Numbered from the stretch's first letter, positions 1-9,009 are shown. The stretch: DNA of 64,000 nucleotides from Candidatus Rariloculaceae bacterium (GCA_965223375.1 OZ245000.1:2267092-2331091), one strand, 5' to 3'. The notes: generated from the letters alone by a model not told the origin. Numbers and translations: made by a program.

Positions 1-1
1 G

Positions 2-565
2 CCACAGCAGCAGACGCTGATCGACGAATTTCGCGGCCGGGTAAATGAGAACCTGTATGCGGAAAATGGCGAAATACGGAAGGAGAGCATCGCTCAGATC
101 GTCAATCCCCGGAACTTCGAGCGCGTGAAGCGCCTGTTCGACGATGCTGTCGCGAAAGGCGCCGTTGTCGCCGTCGGGGGCATTCTCGATGAAGCCGACC
201 GGACCATTCACCCCACACTGCTGACGAACGTGACGCCGGACATGCTGATCATGCAGGAGGAGATCTTCGCGCCGATCGTGCCGATGATGACCTGCGACAG
301 CATCGACGACGCGGTGACCCACATTGCCGGGCGCGACAAGCCGCTTGCGCTTTACGTCTACAGCGACAGCGAAGAGAACATCGAGAAGGTGCTGTCCCGA
401 ACCTCGTCGGGCGGCGTAACGGTCAACGGCGTGTTCTCACACTACCTCGAGAACCGGCTGCCATTCGGCGGCGTGAACCAGAGCGGCATGGGCAGCTACC
501 ACGGCGTCTTCGGATTCCGGACGTTCTCCCACGAACGCGCAATCTACGTACAGCAGCCGCAGTAG
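2..565 (+). CDS. Aldehyde dehydrogenase, C-terminal part (5' end lies outside the window)
   Basis: The frame is open from base 2 with no stop. Motifs EEIFAPIV and PFGGVNQSGMGSYHG match NAD(P)-dependent (class-3-like) aldehyde dehydrogenases. Confidence 0.85.
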   Translation, partial: PQQQTLIDEFRGRVNENLYAENGEIRKESIAQIVNPRNFERVKRLFDDAVAKGAVVAVGGILDEADRTIHPTLLTNVTPDMLIMQEEIFAPIVPMMTCDSIDDAVTHIAGRDKPLALYVYSDSEENIEKVLSRTSSGGVTVNGVFSHYLENRLPFGGVNQSGMGSYHGVFGFRTFSHERAIYVQQPQ

Positions 566-726
566 AGGGGCGGCGCCGGCTGCGCGGCGCCGCTGAATCT
601 CCCGGGCCAGAGGCCGGCCATCCCTCCCGGCCGGCCCTGCCGACCAGGACCGTCGACCGTCCCGCAGCCGCCCCCCGCAGGCCGCTCGCGCCGGCCGACC
701 TTGCCGGCCGCCCGACGATCAGTGAG

Positions 727-1377
727 TCACTCGGTCTGGGTCTCCAGCGCCTCGATACGACCCCGGGCGTCCGCCTCCGTCACGCCGAAATGCTCCTGCA
801 GGAAGTCATCGAGCGAGATGCTCGACAGAGCCTCGCCGAGCGCGCTCTGCACGAGCAGATCGAACGCGGCGATCAGGTCTGCGAGCTCCTGATTGAAGGC
901 GCCCAGATTCGGCGCCTGCTCGACCCGCGCGCGGGGATCGAGTGAGCCGATATCGTCGACGATAATCTCATAGCAGATCGTCGCCCCCACCGAAACGTTG
1001 GTCCCGACGACCGTGACCTCGATATCGTTCTCGCCGACGTTGGTATATTCCGGCTGAGCGAAGTCGAGCTCGGTGCCGCACTCGAGCTCCTCGCCCTCGA
1101 AGAACTTCTCGGTCACTCTCCTCACATGGACCTGGCCGTCCTCCAGGTCGAACTGCGGGGCGTTCAGCCCGATCGAGAACGTCGCGTTGACGCTCGCAAG
1201 ATCGCTCACGTCGAGGCACTTCGGCCCACCGTCCGGCGTCAGCCGCAAGCCGTGCCGATGAACCTTCAACTTGACCGCTTCGGCTTTGCACGGCTGCGCG
1301 GAAGCCGGGTCCGGAGCGAACACCATGACGACCGATGCCATGAGCACCAGATAGAGCGCGGTTCTTGAGATTTTCAT
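727..1377 (-). CDS. Secreted protein of unknown function (216 aa)
   Basis: ATG start. N-terminal signal peptide MKISRTALYLVLMASVVMVFAPDPASA. The start shares one base with the stop of the upstream regulator (TAATG), and GGAGGA lies just upstream. I recognise no family. Confidence 0.7.
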   Translation of the reverse strand: MKISRTALYLVLMASVVMVFAPDPASAQPCKAEAVKLKVHRHGLRLTPDGGPKCLDVSDLASVNATFSIGLNAPQFDLEDGQVHVRRVTEKFFEGEELECGTELDFAQPEYTNVGENDIEVTVVGTNVSVGATICYEIIVDDIGSLDPRARVEQAPNLGAFNQELADLIAAFDLLVQSALGEALSSISLDDFLQEHFGVTEADARGRIEALETQTE

Positions 1378-3755
1378 TATCGTCCTCCGTCGTCTGCCGA
1401 TATCAGAGCCAGATACTCCATTCGATCCCGGAGTGGCTCGAGGTAGGGTTCAGCAGCCAGCATCACACGTGAGTAGCCGAGGTTGGCCGCCGTGATAATG
1501 GCATCCATGGCTGATTCGGGATCATTCGACTGCAGGGCCACCAGCGCCCGGTAATAAAACGAATAGGGGTCGTCCGGCGCGATCTGTATCGCCTGATCGG
1601 CGAGGCGAATCCCCTCGCTGACGTTACCGAGCATCGTTTCGGCCCAGGCCAGAATGGTCAGTGTTTCAGGATCGGTCGGGTCCGTGACGTAGCTCTCGCG
1701 CGCGAGCCGCACGCCTTCCTCGAACGCCGACCGCGCTTCCGTCTCACGGCCGGCAAAGTGCAGAGAATCGGCAAGGTTTATGCGGTCGGTCGCGGACGCC
1801 GGGACGAGCTCCACGGCGCGGCGGTGGTACTCGACCGACTTCGCGAAGTCGCCGAGGTAGTAATAGAGGATGCCGAGATCCGACAGGATCCCCGGCGTCG
1901 CTTCTGTTGCCAGTGCTCTCTCGAAGATCTCGCTGGCAGCCTCGAAATCGCCGGCCATCATCCTCGAAGTCGCCATGTTGCCCAGGACGATGAAGTTTTC
2001 CGGCTGCAGGTAGGCGACTCGGGCGTACGCTTCAGCGGCCTCCTCGTACCGGCCGAAAGCGAACTGCAACGCCCCCAGCGTGTTGTACGCGCGCCAGTTA
2101 CCCGGCTGCAGCTCGATGGCCCGGTTGATTCTCGCTTCGGCATCGGCATACCGTTGCTCGCGGCTGTAGATCTCCGCGAGACCCAGCAGCGCGTCGGCAT
2201 CCCGCGGGTCGATCTCAAGGGCGTTCAGATAGTCCCGCTCCGCAGCCTCGAGGCGACCGGTTTGAAAATGCAGACTCCCGCTCGCTCGGTAAACGAGCGA
2301 AAGCCGCGGGGCGCTGGCTAGTGCCGCACCACACGACCGTTCTGCCGCGGCGATGTCGGACGCTTCGCCGGTCACTATGTAACGCCGTGTATACGTGCCG
2401 CACAGGCCCGCATGCGCCGCTGCGTAGCCGGGATCTACTGCGAGCGCATTGCGATAGTGATTGGCTGCCGCCTCGATGGACTCGAGCGTCGCGGGTGAAT
2501 CCATGATGTCTCTGCCGCGTCGGAACTCGACGTACGCGTCTACATCGGCCTGATTCGTCGGCAGACCCGCGAACTGCTGAACGTCTTCCGGTAACGCGAC
2601 GCGGAGCTCGGCAACGATCAGGTCGGTAATCTCGTTCTGAATTTCGCTGAAGTCGGCAAGCGCGCGCTCCTCGGACCGGGAGACGACGTGGAATCCGGTT
2701 GCCGAATCGATGAGCTGAGCAACGACATTGATCGTATCGCCGACGATTCGCACGCTGCCTTCGAGATAGTAGGCCACGCGCAGGCGACGCCGCACGTCCT
2801 CCGAGCGCGCGTTTACCGGAAGCGACCAGGAGTCCCCGCGTGCTGAGACGAGCATGCCGGGCACGCGCGCAACGCGATCCAGAATGTCCTCGCTCAGCCC
2901 GTTGGCGAAAATCTGCGTCATCTCGCCACCGTCGAAGTTCGCGAATCGCAGCACTGCGATCGAATTCTCGGCAACCGGAATCAGCTCCCGCTGATCGGAA
3001 CTGCCGGCATCCGCGACCGATGGGCCGGAGCCGGGCACGGGCGAGGTGAAGCCGACCGAGATCTGATAAACGGTGTTGCCGGCCGCAGCGATCGCGTAGG
3101 CAGCGATGATCGCGACGTAATTGCGACCGAGCCCCTGCCAGAGCCCGCCCTCATGCGTGCCGTCGTCGACCACCATCTTGCCGCCGGACATCTCGAGAAA
3201 CCATGACAGCAGGATGACGATCGGGAAGCCGCTGACGACGGCGAACGTGACGAACGGAACGGTCCAGGTCGGCAGTCCCAGATTGACGAACGTCTCGCCG
3301 GCGACCTGGATGAGCAGCCAGCCAATTACCGCGTATGCGAAAGTGGCCTGAACCACACCGTGTCGAACCAGCTTCCGCCAAAGGCTCGAATGCGGTCTGC
3401 CCGGCGGTCGGTGATCCGCGGTTGCGTCGCGCCGGTCGGGCTCGAGCAACAACCTGAAGCCGCGCGCACGCACGGTCTGGATGAATCGTGGATTGTCGGG
3501 ACGATCATCCAGCGCGAGCCGGATTTCCCGAATGGCGCGATTGAGGGCCTCACTACTGCCGCGACCCTCGCCCCAGACCCGTTGCAGCAGCTCGGCGCGG
3601 GATACGAGGCGCCTCGGATGCTTCGCGAGCAACAACAACACCTCTACCGACCTGGACGGCAAATGCAGCGTGTCTCCGTTGCGCCTGATCGTCCCTGTCA
3701 GCGGCTCGACGCGGACCTCACCGAGGCTGAAGCCGTCGAGCAGTTCGTTTTCCAT
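1377..3755 (-). CDS. Membrane-anchored winged-helix (OmpR/CadC-type) transcriptional regulator with a TolB-N-like segment and C-terminal TPR repeats
   Basis: The N-terminus (VRVEPLTGTIRRNGDTLHLPSRSVEVLLLLAKHP...FIQTVRARGFRLL) looks like a trans_reg_C DNA-binding domain. Hydrophobic helices follow at about aa 135-190. An SIAVLRFANF...YYLEGSV segment and multiple TPR-like repeats with Ala/Tyr/Gly periodicity come next. Confidence 0.8.
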   Translation of the reverse strand: MENELLDGFSLGEVRVEPLTGTIRRNGDTLHLPSRSVEVLLLLAKHPRRLVSRAELLQRVWGEGRGSSEALNRAIREIRLALDDRPDNPRFIQTVRARGFRLLLEPDRRDATADHRPPGRPHSSLWRKLVRHGVVQATFAYAVIGWLLIQVAGETFVNLGLPTWTVPFVTFAVVSGFPIVILLSWFLEMSGGKMVVDDGTHEGGLWQGLGRNYVAIIAAYAIAAAGNTVYQISVGFTSPVPGSGPSVADAGSSDQRELIPVAENSIAVLRFANFDGGEMTQIFANGLSEDILDRVARVPGMLVSARGDSWSLPVNARSEDVRRRLRVAYYLEGSVRIVGDTINVVAQLIDSATGFHVVSRSEERALADFSEIQNEITDLIVAELRVALPEDVQQFAGLPTNQADVDAYVEFRRGRDIMDSPATLESIEAAANHYRNALAVDPGYAAAHAGLCGTYTRRYIVTGEASDIAAAERSCGAALASAPRLSLVYRASGSLHFQTGRLEAAERDYLNALEIDPRDADALLGLAEIYSREQRYADAEARINRAIELQPGNWRAYNTLGALQFAFGRYEEAAEAYARVAYLQPENFIVLGNMATSRMMAGDFEAASEIFERALATEATPGILSDLGILYYYLGDFAKSVEYHRRAVELVPASATDRINLADSLHFAGRETEARSAFEEGVRLARESYVTDPTDPETLTILAWAETMLGNVSEGIRLADQAIQIAPDDPYSFYYRALVALQSNDPESAMDAIITAANLGYSRVMLAAEPYLEPLRDRMEYLALISADDGGR

Positions 3756-3795
3756 CGTCGCCGCCCATCGCTGAGCTAGTCGATCAGGATACCAT

Positions 3796-3807
3796 GGGGA
3801 TATCCCC
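3796..3807. promoter_or_regulatory. Perfect 12-bp palindrome GGGGATATCCCC, 41-52 bp upstream of the regulator start codon
   Basis: Read directly from the sequence. It is self-complementary and lies between the 8-bp repeat array and the ATG at 3755. Confidence 0.4.
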
Positions 3808-3822
3808 TACCCTCGTGGCGAC

Positions 3823-3915
3823 CGCGGAGTCGCGGAGTCGCGGAGTCGCGGAGTCGCGGAGTCGCGGAGTCGCGGAGTCGCGGAGTCGCGGAGTCGCGGA
3901 GTCGCGGAGTCGCGG
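3823..3915. repeat. Octanucleotide tandem repeat (CGCGGAGT)n, 11 full units plus 5 nt
   Basis: 93 bp of uninterrupted perfect 8-bp periodicity. Intergenic, between the stop at 3934 and the regulator start at 3755. Confidence 0.97.
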
Positions 3916-3933
3916 CAGAACTGTCGTCGTGGA

Positions 3934-4968
3934 TCAGGGCTGATGCAAGGTCACGGTATCCGCCCGCGGCAGTAACCGGGCAAGAGCAGCCGTGAAGTCA
4001 ACGGTCTGCGACTGATCCATGTGAACGCCATCCGGCAGGTCGAAGCCCTGCAGGCTCGGATGCTCCGTGAAGTGGATCAGCGTGGCTTCGGTCAGGTCGG
4101 CAAGCCGGTCCCAGTACGCATTCTTCGGATGGCGAATTTCGTCGATCGCCCAGATCCCGCGGGAGGACGGAAAGCGAACGAGCACGACGCGCCCGCCCCG
4201 CTCGTGGATCCGACGAACGGACGCATCGAGAGCCCGCACACGCGCATCGAAATTCGGCCGTCGCTGAAAAGCGATCTGGTGCGCGGGGACATACCTCGCG
4301 AGCCGATCCTCGTAGGCCTGCTCGCGGTTGACACGGCTATAGTCGATCTTCTGCGAGCGGTCGGGCAGCGTCCGCACATAGTTCGCCGCCGACTTGCCGC
4401 GCAGGCCGTCGACGAGCTGGGCCGGATGGAAACCGGCTGCGCGCGAGACCAGCAGTGAGTCGAGTCGACCGCGCAACCAGGCCTCGAGCGGCGCGTAGGC
4501 CACCTGGCTGCCGCCGCGTCGCTCGTCGTATTTTGACGTGTAGCGGTCGGCGAGCGTGTCACGCGTGTGCTCGAACAGATCCTCGATCGTGAATGAAACG
4601 ACGATCAGACCTGTCACCGTCTCGTCCGCAGCAATGTGCTCCAGGACCGGCAAGACAGGGTTCGCGGAAATCGCGAGCTGAACCGGCTCCGCGCCGGTCG
4701 CGTCGCGCAGCGTCGGGAGATCGACGCCGGCCTGCATTCGCGATGCGCCGAGCAGAACGATTGCATCGCTGGCAAGCCGCGCCGCGCGCTCGCGCTGCCG
4801 CAGCCAGCGGTCCTCGGTATCGTAGACGGTCAGCGCACCGAGGCCGCCGTGACGAACGGACAGCTCTGCCGCCACGACGAATATCGCAGCGAGCGCGAAT
4901 CCCGCGACGAGCGCGAGACCCGAGCGTGGCGGCGCCGGGCGCTCAGAACTGAAAATAGATGAAGCCAT
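3934..4968 (-). CDS. SGNH/DltD-like partner protein of the adjacent MBOAT acyltransferase (hypothetical)
   Basis: Lies immediately downstream of the MBOAT gene and overlaps it. The ATG at 4968 has GGAGG 8 nt upstream. The longer ORF to 5016 starts with TTG. One N-terminal TM helix (LALVAGFALAAIFVVAAEL). A GASR segment and a C-terminal DGVH resemble SGNH blocks I and V. Confidence 0.65.
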   Translation of the reverse strand: MASSIFSSERPAPPRSGLALVAGFALAAIFVVAAELSVRHGGLGALTVYDTEDRWLRQRERAARLASDAIVLLGASRMQAGVDLPTLRDATGAEPVQLAISANPVLPVLEHIAADETVTGLIVVSFTIEDLFEHTRDTLADRYTSKYDERRGGSQVAYAPLEAWLRGRLDSLLVSRAAGFHPAQLVDGLRGKSAANYVRTLPDRSQKIDYSRVNREQAYEDRLARYVPAHQIAFQRRPNFDARVRALDASVRRIHERGGRVVLVRFPSSRGIWAIDEIRHPKNAYWDRLADLTEATLIHFTEHPSLQGFDLPDGVHMDQSQTVDFTAALARLLPRADTVTLHQP

Positions 4969-6367
4969 CCTGCTGGCCCCCTCCACCATAGACGAGGGCC
5001 ACGAGCGCGCTTGCAATCAGCAGCGCGCGGCCCCAAACGGGTGTGCGCGCGGCCCACTCCACCGGCAGCGACTCCCGGGTCATCACGTGCCATACCAGCA
5101 CGGCTGCAACTCCGGCCACGACGACCGGAATCTGCTCGGCGAGAACGGGTAACGGCGCCTCGGTCGGCGTGAACAGGAGCGCGGCTGCCGCAAATGCTGT
5201 CGCAAAATCCGGTGACCTGAAGAATACCCAGGTTGCGCTGATGACGACGAACGTTACGGTCGTGTAGAGCAGCTTGCGGCGCGGGCCGTTGCCGCGTATC
5301 CACCCGGGCGCATGATGTTTGGCGAGCCGCTCGACGCCGAGGTAACCGCCGTGCAGCGCTCCCCAGGCCACGAAAGTCCACGAGGCACCGTGCCACAGAC
5401 CGCCCAGCAGCATCGTGATCATCAGGTTGAAGGCCGTACGCTGCGCGCTCCGCCGGCTACCGCCGAGACTGATATAGAGGTAGTCGCGGAGCCACGTCGA
5501 TAGCGAAATGTGCCAGCGCCGCCAGAAGTCGGAGAAGCCGAGAGCCACGTATGGGGCCCGGAAGTTGTCCGGTAACGAGAAGCCGAGGCAGATGGCCGCA
5601 CCGATCGCAACGACGCTGTAGGCCGCAAAGTCGCAATAGATCTGTCCGGAGAATGCGAACGCCGCGACCCATGCTTCGAGCGTTCCCATCGAGGCGACGT
5701 CCTCGTAGAAGCCATCAACGAACGGTGCGAATACGGCGTCTGCCATGACGACCTTGCCGAACAGTCCGCCGATGACGAGCGTCACACCCCAGGCGAGTCG
5801 CTCGGACGTTACGCGGCCGGCAATCGTGCGTAGCTGCGGCAGGAAATCGCGGGCCCGGACGATCGGGCCGGCCACGAGCTGGCAGAACAGCGAGACGAAC
5901 GTCGCGAAGTCGAGCAGCGAACGCGTCGCCGGCATCCGTCCGCGATAGACGTCGAGCGTGTAGGAGAGCGTCTGGAAAGTGTAGAACGAGATGCCCACCG
6001 GCAGCACGACATCCCAAGCTGGCGGCGAGTAGTCGATGCCCGCGCGGCCGGCCAGCGATGCGAAGCTCGCAAGTAGCCATCCGCCGTACTTGAAGTACCC
6101 GAGCAGCGACAGATTGACCGACAGGCTCATCGCCAGCAGTGCGCGCTTCGCAGCGGGCGTTTGCGCGGCCCCGATCCGCTGCGCGAGCCACCAGTCGGCG
6201 ACCGTCGAAAAGAGCAGCAACGGGAGGAACAGCGGATTCCAGGCGCCGTAGAAGACGTAGCTTGCACCGACCAGGATGGACTTGCGAATGCGGGCCCCGT
6301 TGGTCGCGTGATACGCCGCAAGAACGACGAGGAAGAAGACTGCGAATGTGAGCGAGTTGAAGAGCAT
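4943..6367 (-). CDS. MBOAT-family membrane-bound O-acyltransferase (AlgI/DltB-like)
   Basis: Polytopic membrane protein. It carries the motif FWRRWHISLSTWLRDYLYISLGGSR and a downstream conserved His (GGLWHGASW), both characteristic of AlgI/DltB-type MBOATs. Confidence 0.9.
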   Translation of the reverse strand: MLFNSLTFAVFFLVVLAAYHATNGARIRKSILVGASYVFYGAWNPLFLPLLLFSTVADWWLAQRIGAAQTPAAKRALLAMSLSVNLSLLGYFKYGGWLLASFASLAGRAGIDYSPPAWDVVLPVGISFYTFQTLSYTLDVYRGRMPATRSLLDFATFVSLFCQLVAGPIVRARDFLPQLRTIAGRVTSERLAWGVTLVIGGLFGKVVMADAVFAPFVDGFYEDVASMGTLEAWVAAFAFSGQIYCDFAAYSVVAIGAAICLGFSLPDNFRAPYVALGFSDFWRRWHISLSTWLRDYLYISLGGSRRSAQRTAFNLMITMLLGGLWHGASWTFVAWGALHGGYLGVERLAKHHAPGWIRGNGPRRKLLYTTVTFVVISATWVFFRSPDFATAFAAAALLFTPTEAPLPVLAEQIPVVVAGVAAVLVWHVMTRESLPVEWAARTPVWGRALLIASALVALVYGGGGQQDGFIYFQF

Positions 6368-6464
6368 GCCGCTACCGCGACTGGCGTATAGCAGCGGGAG
6401 TCTAGCCGCGCGGCTGCCGTCGGCCGTACGACGTGGGTCTCAAAGCCGCGTGTGTATGAAAGCG

Positions 6465-6491
6465 GCGGGGCGACCCTCGGGGCCGCCCCGC
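6465..6491 (-). terminator. Possible intrinsic terminator downstream of the 222-aa secreted-protein gene
   Basis: GC-rich hairpin (gcggggcgaccc / ggggccgccccgc, one mismatch). On the minus strand it is followed by TTTCA. The T-tract is weak. Confidence 0.3.
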
Positions 6492-6537
6492 TGATGCATT
6501 GAGGACGATCGGCTTGCGGGCCTGCGCCCGGTGCTGG

Positions 6538-7206
6538 TTACTCTTCCGGCTCGAACACCGTCGCGAACCAGTAACCGGGACCTCCGGGGGTCGGCGTCTT
6601 GAGCTCCGACGGCATGTTCGCCGTTGCGAGCCCGCCGTGCGGTGCAATCGCAACGTGCACTTCCGTCGTCTCCGTGTCACCGAGCGGCGCGCAGCCGAGC
6701 ATCGGATCCGCGCCCACTTCTGCGTGGCCCGCGAGGTTCAGGCGCGGCCCGCCGACGGCGTGACCGCCAATGTGCACGGCGCCCGCCTGGGCCGCCTGAC
6801 AATCGCCACCGAACAGGCTCAGTACGTCCTGCGCACCGCACAGCCCCGGGCCGTCGCGGCAGCCGTCCGGGTTGTTGAAGTAGATGAACCAGAGCGTGTA
6901 GATCTCCGGGAAACCGGGCGACTTGCCCGGCGGATAGCAATAGCTCCCGGGCACGGGCGTCGGCAGCGTCGCCGTCGCGGAAACACCGCCGGGGGTGCGG
7001 ATGATCGTCATGTTCGATCCTTCCAGGATCTCCCTGTCACCGAAAAATATCGGTGGCGCCAGGTTGGCGCAGCCGGTGACCTGGTCGGCGATCGGAGTCG
7101 ACTGCGTCGTTGCCCCCTGCGCAACTGTCCGGTCGGCCAGCGACAGCGACAGGACGCCGATGGCTGCCAGACCGACTAGCGGGGTGCGGCCCTTGATTAT
7201 GTTCAT
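6538..7206 (-). CDS. Cys-rich secreted protein of unknown function (222 aa)
   Basis: An internal ATG at 7206 (MNIIKGRTPLVGLAAIGVLSLSLADRTVAQG) gives a clean signal peptide, with GGAG 7 nt upstream. The upstream part of the 329-aa ORF looks non-coding. I recognise no family. Confidence 0.7.
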   Translation of the reverse strand: MNIIKGRTPLVGLAAIGVLSLSLADRTVAQGATTQSTPIADQVTGCANLAPPIFFGDREILEGSNMTIIRTPGGVSATATLPTPVPGSYCYPPGKSPGFPEIYTLWFIYFNNPDGCRDGPGLCGAQDVLSLFGGDCQAAQAGAVHIGGHAVGGPRLNLAGHAEVGADPMLGCAPLGDTETTEVHVAIAPHGGLATANMPSELKTPTPGGPGYWFATVFEPEE

Positions 7207-7306
7207 TCGATTGCTCCAGTGGATCCATGTACACCTTCCAGTCTCGGTTCGCAGGTGACTGAAAGCATGAAATACGGCTAAAGTTTGGAAAAAGAAGCCT
7301 TCATTC

Positions 7307-8983
7307 ATGCAAGACAGGACCCATGAAAGCGGGGCGTTTCGAGTCGGCGATCTGATCGTCGATACGGGCAGGCACGCAGTGTTTCGCGGGTCAGACGAGC
7401 TCGATCTCCCGAAGAAGTCGTTCGACCTGCTGCTTACGCTGATCGACGCGGCACCCGATGTCGTCACGTTCGACGACCTGATCGAGCGCGCCTGGCCGGG
7501 TTCCATCGTCCTGCCGGAAACCGTCACCCAGCGGGTGATGCTTTTGCGGCGGGCACTTGGGGACAGCGCTGATCAGCCGGTCTATGTTCGTGGTGTCCGT
7601 GGCGTCGGCTATGCGCTGGTTCCAGCGGTACGACCGGGGTCCGCCGGGCCACTCGCTCGACAATCGTCACCCGCCACCGCACGGACTGCCCGCAAAGATG
7701 CGGCGGCCGAACAGCCAATTGGCCTCACCGCCGCGGAGTCCGACGACACGCGACTCGAGACCGCATCGGATCTTGATCTCACTCTGCCGGCGAAGCCGTC
7801 GGTGGCCGTCCTGCCGCTGCAGATCATCGGGTCGGATCCTGCCCTGAAGACGTTCGGCTACGGCTTCAGTCACGACATGACCACCCGCATTGCGCAAACG
7901 CGCTCGCTGTTCGTCATCGCCCGAGGCTCATCGTTCCGGTTCGGACTGCGCACTCGCGGCGCGCGCGAGATCGGGCGCGCTCTCGGTGTCCGCTATCTCG
8001 TCGACGGCAGTGTTCAGATCAGCGGCGCGCAGCTCCGCGTCAACGTGTCGCTGACGGAAGCCGAAAGCCGGGAAGAGCTCTGGGCGGAACAGTTCACGCG
8101 CCCGATGGACGACCACTTTGCGCTGCAGGACGAGATCGCGACGAGTATCGCCGCCACGGTCGAAGCGCAGATCGAAGCAGCCGAGCGCCACCGGGCGGCC
8201 TATATCGAGATCGGGAACCTCGATGCCTGGTCTGCCTACCATCGCGGTTGCTGGCACATGTATCACTTCCAGCCGAAGCACTATGCGATGGCCGAGGAGT
8301 GCTTCAGAAAAGCAATCAGACTCGACCCCGGCGCGCAGCGTCCGCACGCCGGCCTGTCGTTCATTCACTGGCAAAAGGCCTTTCTGGAACTGACCGATGA
8401 TCGCGACCGGGAGATCGGGCAGGCGCTCGCGAGCGCCGAACGTACGATCGAGATCGATGCACGCGATCCACTTGGCCACTGGTCGCTGGGGCGTGCGCGG
8501 ATCCTGGCGCGCGACGAAGAGCGCGCCGTTGACGATCTGCAACGATCGATCGAGCTCAGCCCGAGCTTTGCTCACGGGCATTATTCTCTCGGGCTGGCGA
8601 TGATGAACATCGGCCGGAACACCGAGAGCTTCGCGGCGATCGGCGACGGTCGACGTCTGAGTCCCTACGACCCGATGGCGTTCGCCATGATCGGCTGCCA
8701 GGGCATCAATCTCGCGAAACTCGGTCGCTTCGACGACGCCGCCGATTACCTCGACCGCGGCAATGCGCTCCCGAACGCACACCACAACATGCGGGCGGCC
8801 GCTGCGATCGTGCATGCGCGACTCGGTAATGACCGAAAGACGTCGCACTACCTGCGTGAGCTGTGGTCTTCGTCTCCGACATTCGACACACAGTCATTCA
8901 CTCGCGCGTTCCCGGATCAGTCGAGTGAGGACATCGTCTTCGTAGATTCCGTTCTCAAACGATTTCGGGCCGCGGTGACGTAG
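7307..8983 (+). CDS. Winged-helix (OmpR/CadC-type) transcriptional regulator with a TolB-N-like segment and TPR repeats, no obvious TM helix
   Basis: N-terminal FRVGDLIVDTGRHAVFRGSDELDLPKKSFDLLLTLI...YVRGVRGVGYALV. This is followed by PSVAVLPLQIIG...YLVDGSVQ and a TPR-like C-terminus. It is divergent from the secreted-protein gene at 6538..7206. Confidence 0.8.
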   Translation: MQDRTHESGAFRVGDLIVDTGRHAVFRGSDELDLPKKSFDLLLTLIDAAPDVVTFDDLIERAWPGSIVLPETVTQRVMLLRRALGDSADQPVYVRGVRGVGYALVPAVRPGSAGPLARQSSPATARTARKDAAAEQPIGLTAAESDDTRLETASDLDLTLPAKPSVAVLPLQIIGSDPALKTFGYGFSHDMTTRIAQTRSLFVIARGSSFRFGLRTRGAREIGRALGVRYLVDGSVQISGAQLRVNVSLTEAESREELWAEQFTRPMDDHFALQDEIATSIAATVEAQIEAAERHRAAYIEIGNLDAWSAYHRGCWHMYHFQPKHYAMAEECFRKAIRLDPGAQRPHAGLSFIHWQKAFLELTDDRDREIGQALASAERTIEIDARDPLGHWSLGRARILARDEERAVDDLQRSIELSPSFAHGHYSLGLAMMNIGRNTESFAAIGDGRRLSPYDPMAFAMIGCQGINLAKLGRFDDAADYLDRGNALPNAHHNMRAAAAIVHARLGNDRKTSHYLRELWSSSPTFDTQSFTRAFPDQSSEDIVFVDSVLKRFRAAVT

Positions 8984-9009
8984 TAGCTGGACGGCCGGCG
9001 GGCGGCCCA

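Noticed and set aside
570-593. A GC hairpin after the aldehyde dehydrogenase stop as an intrinsic terminator
   Set aside because: The stem gcggcgccg/cggcgccgc is present, but no T-tract follows it. The evidence is insufficient to call a terminator.
3823-3915. The idea that the 8-bp array is a CRISPR-like or coding repeat
   Set aside because: There are no spacers, the unit is only 8 bp, and no ORF spans it. It is a simple tandem repeat. The GANTC-methylation idea is kept only as a speculative note in the corresponding finding.
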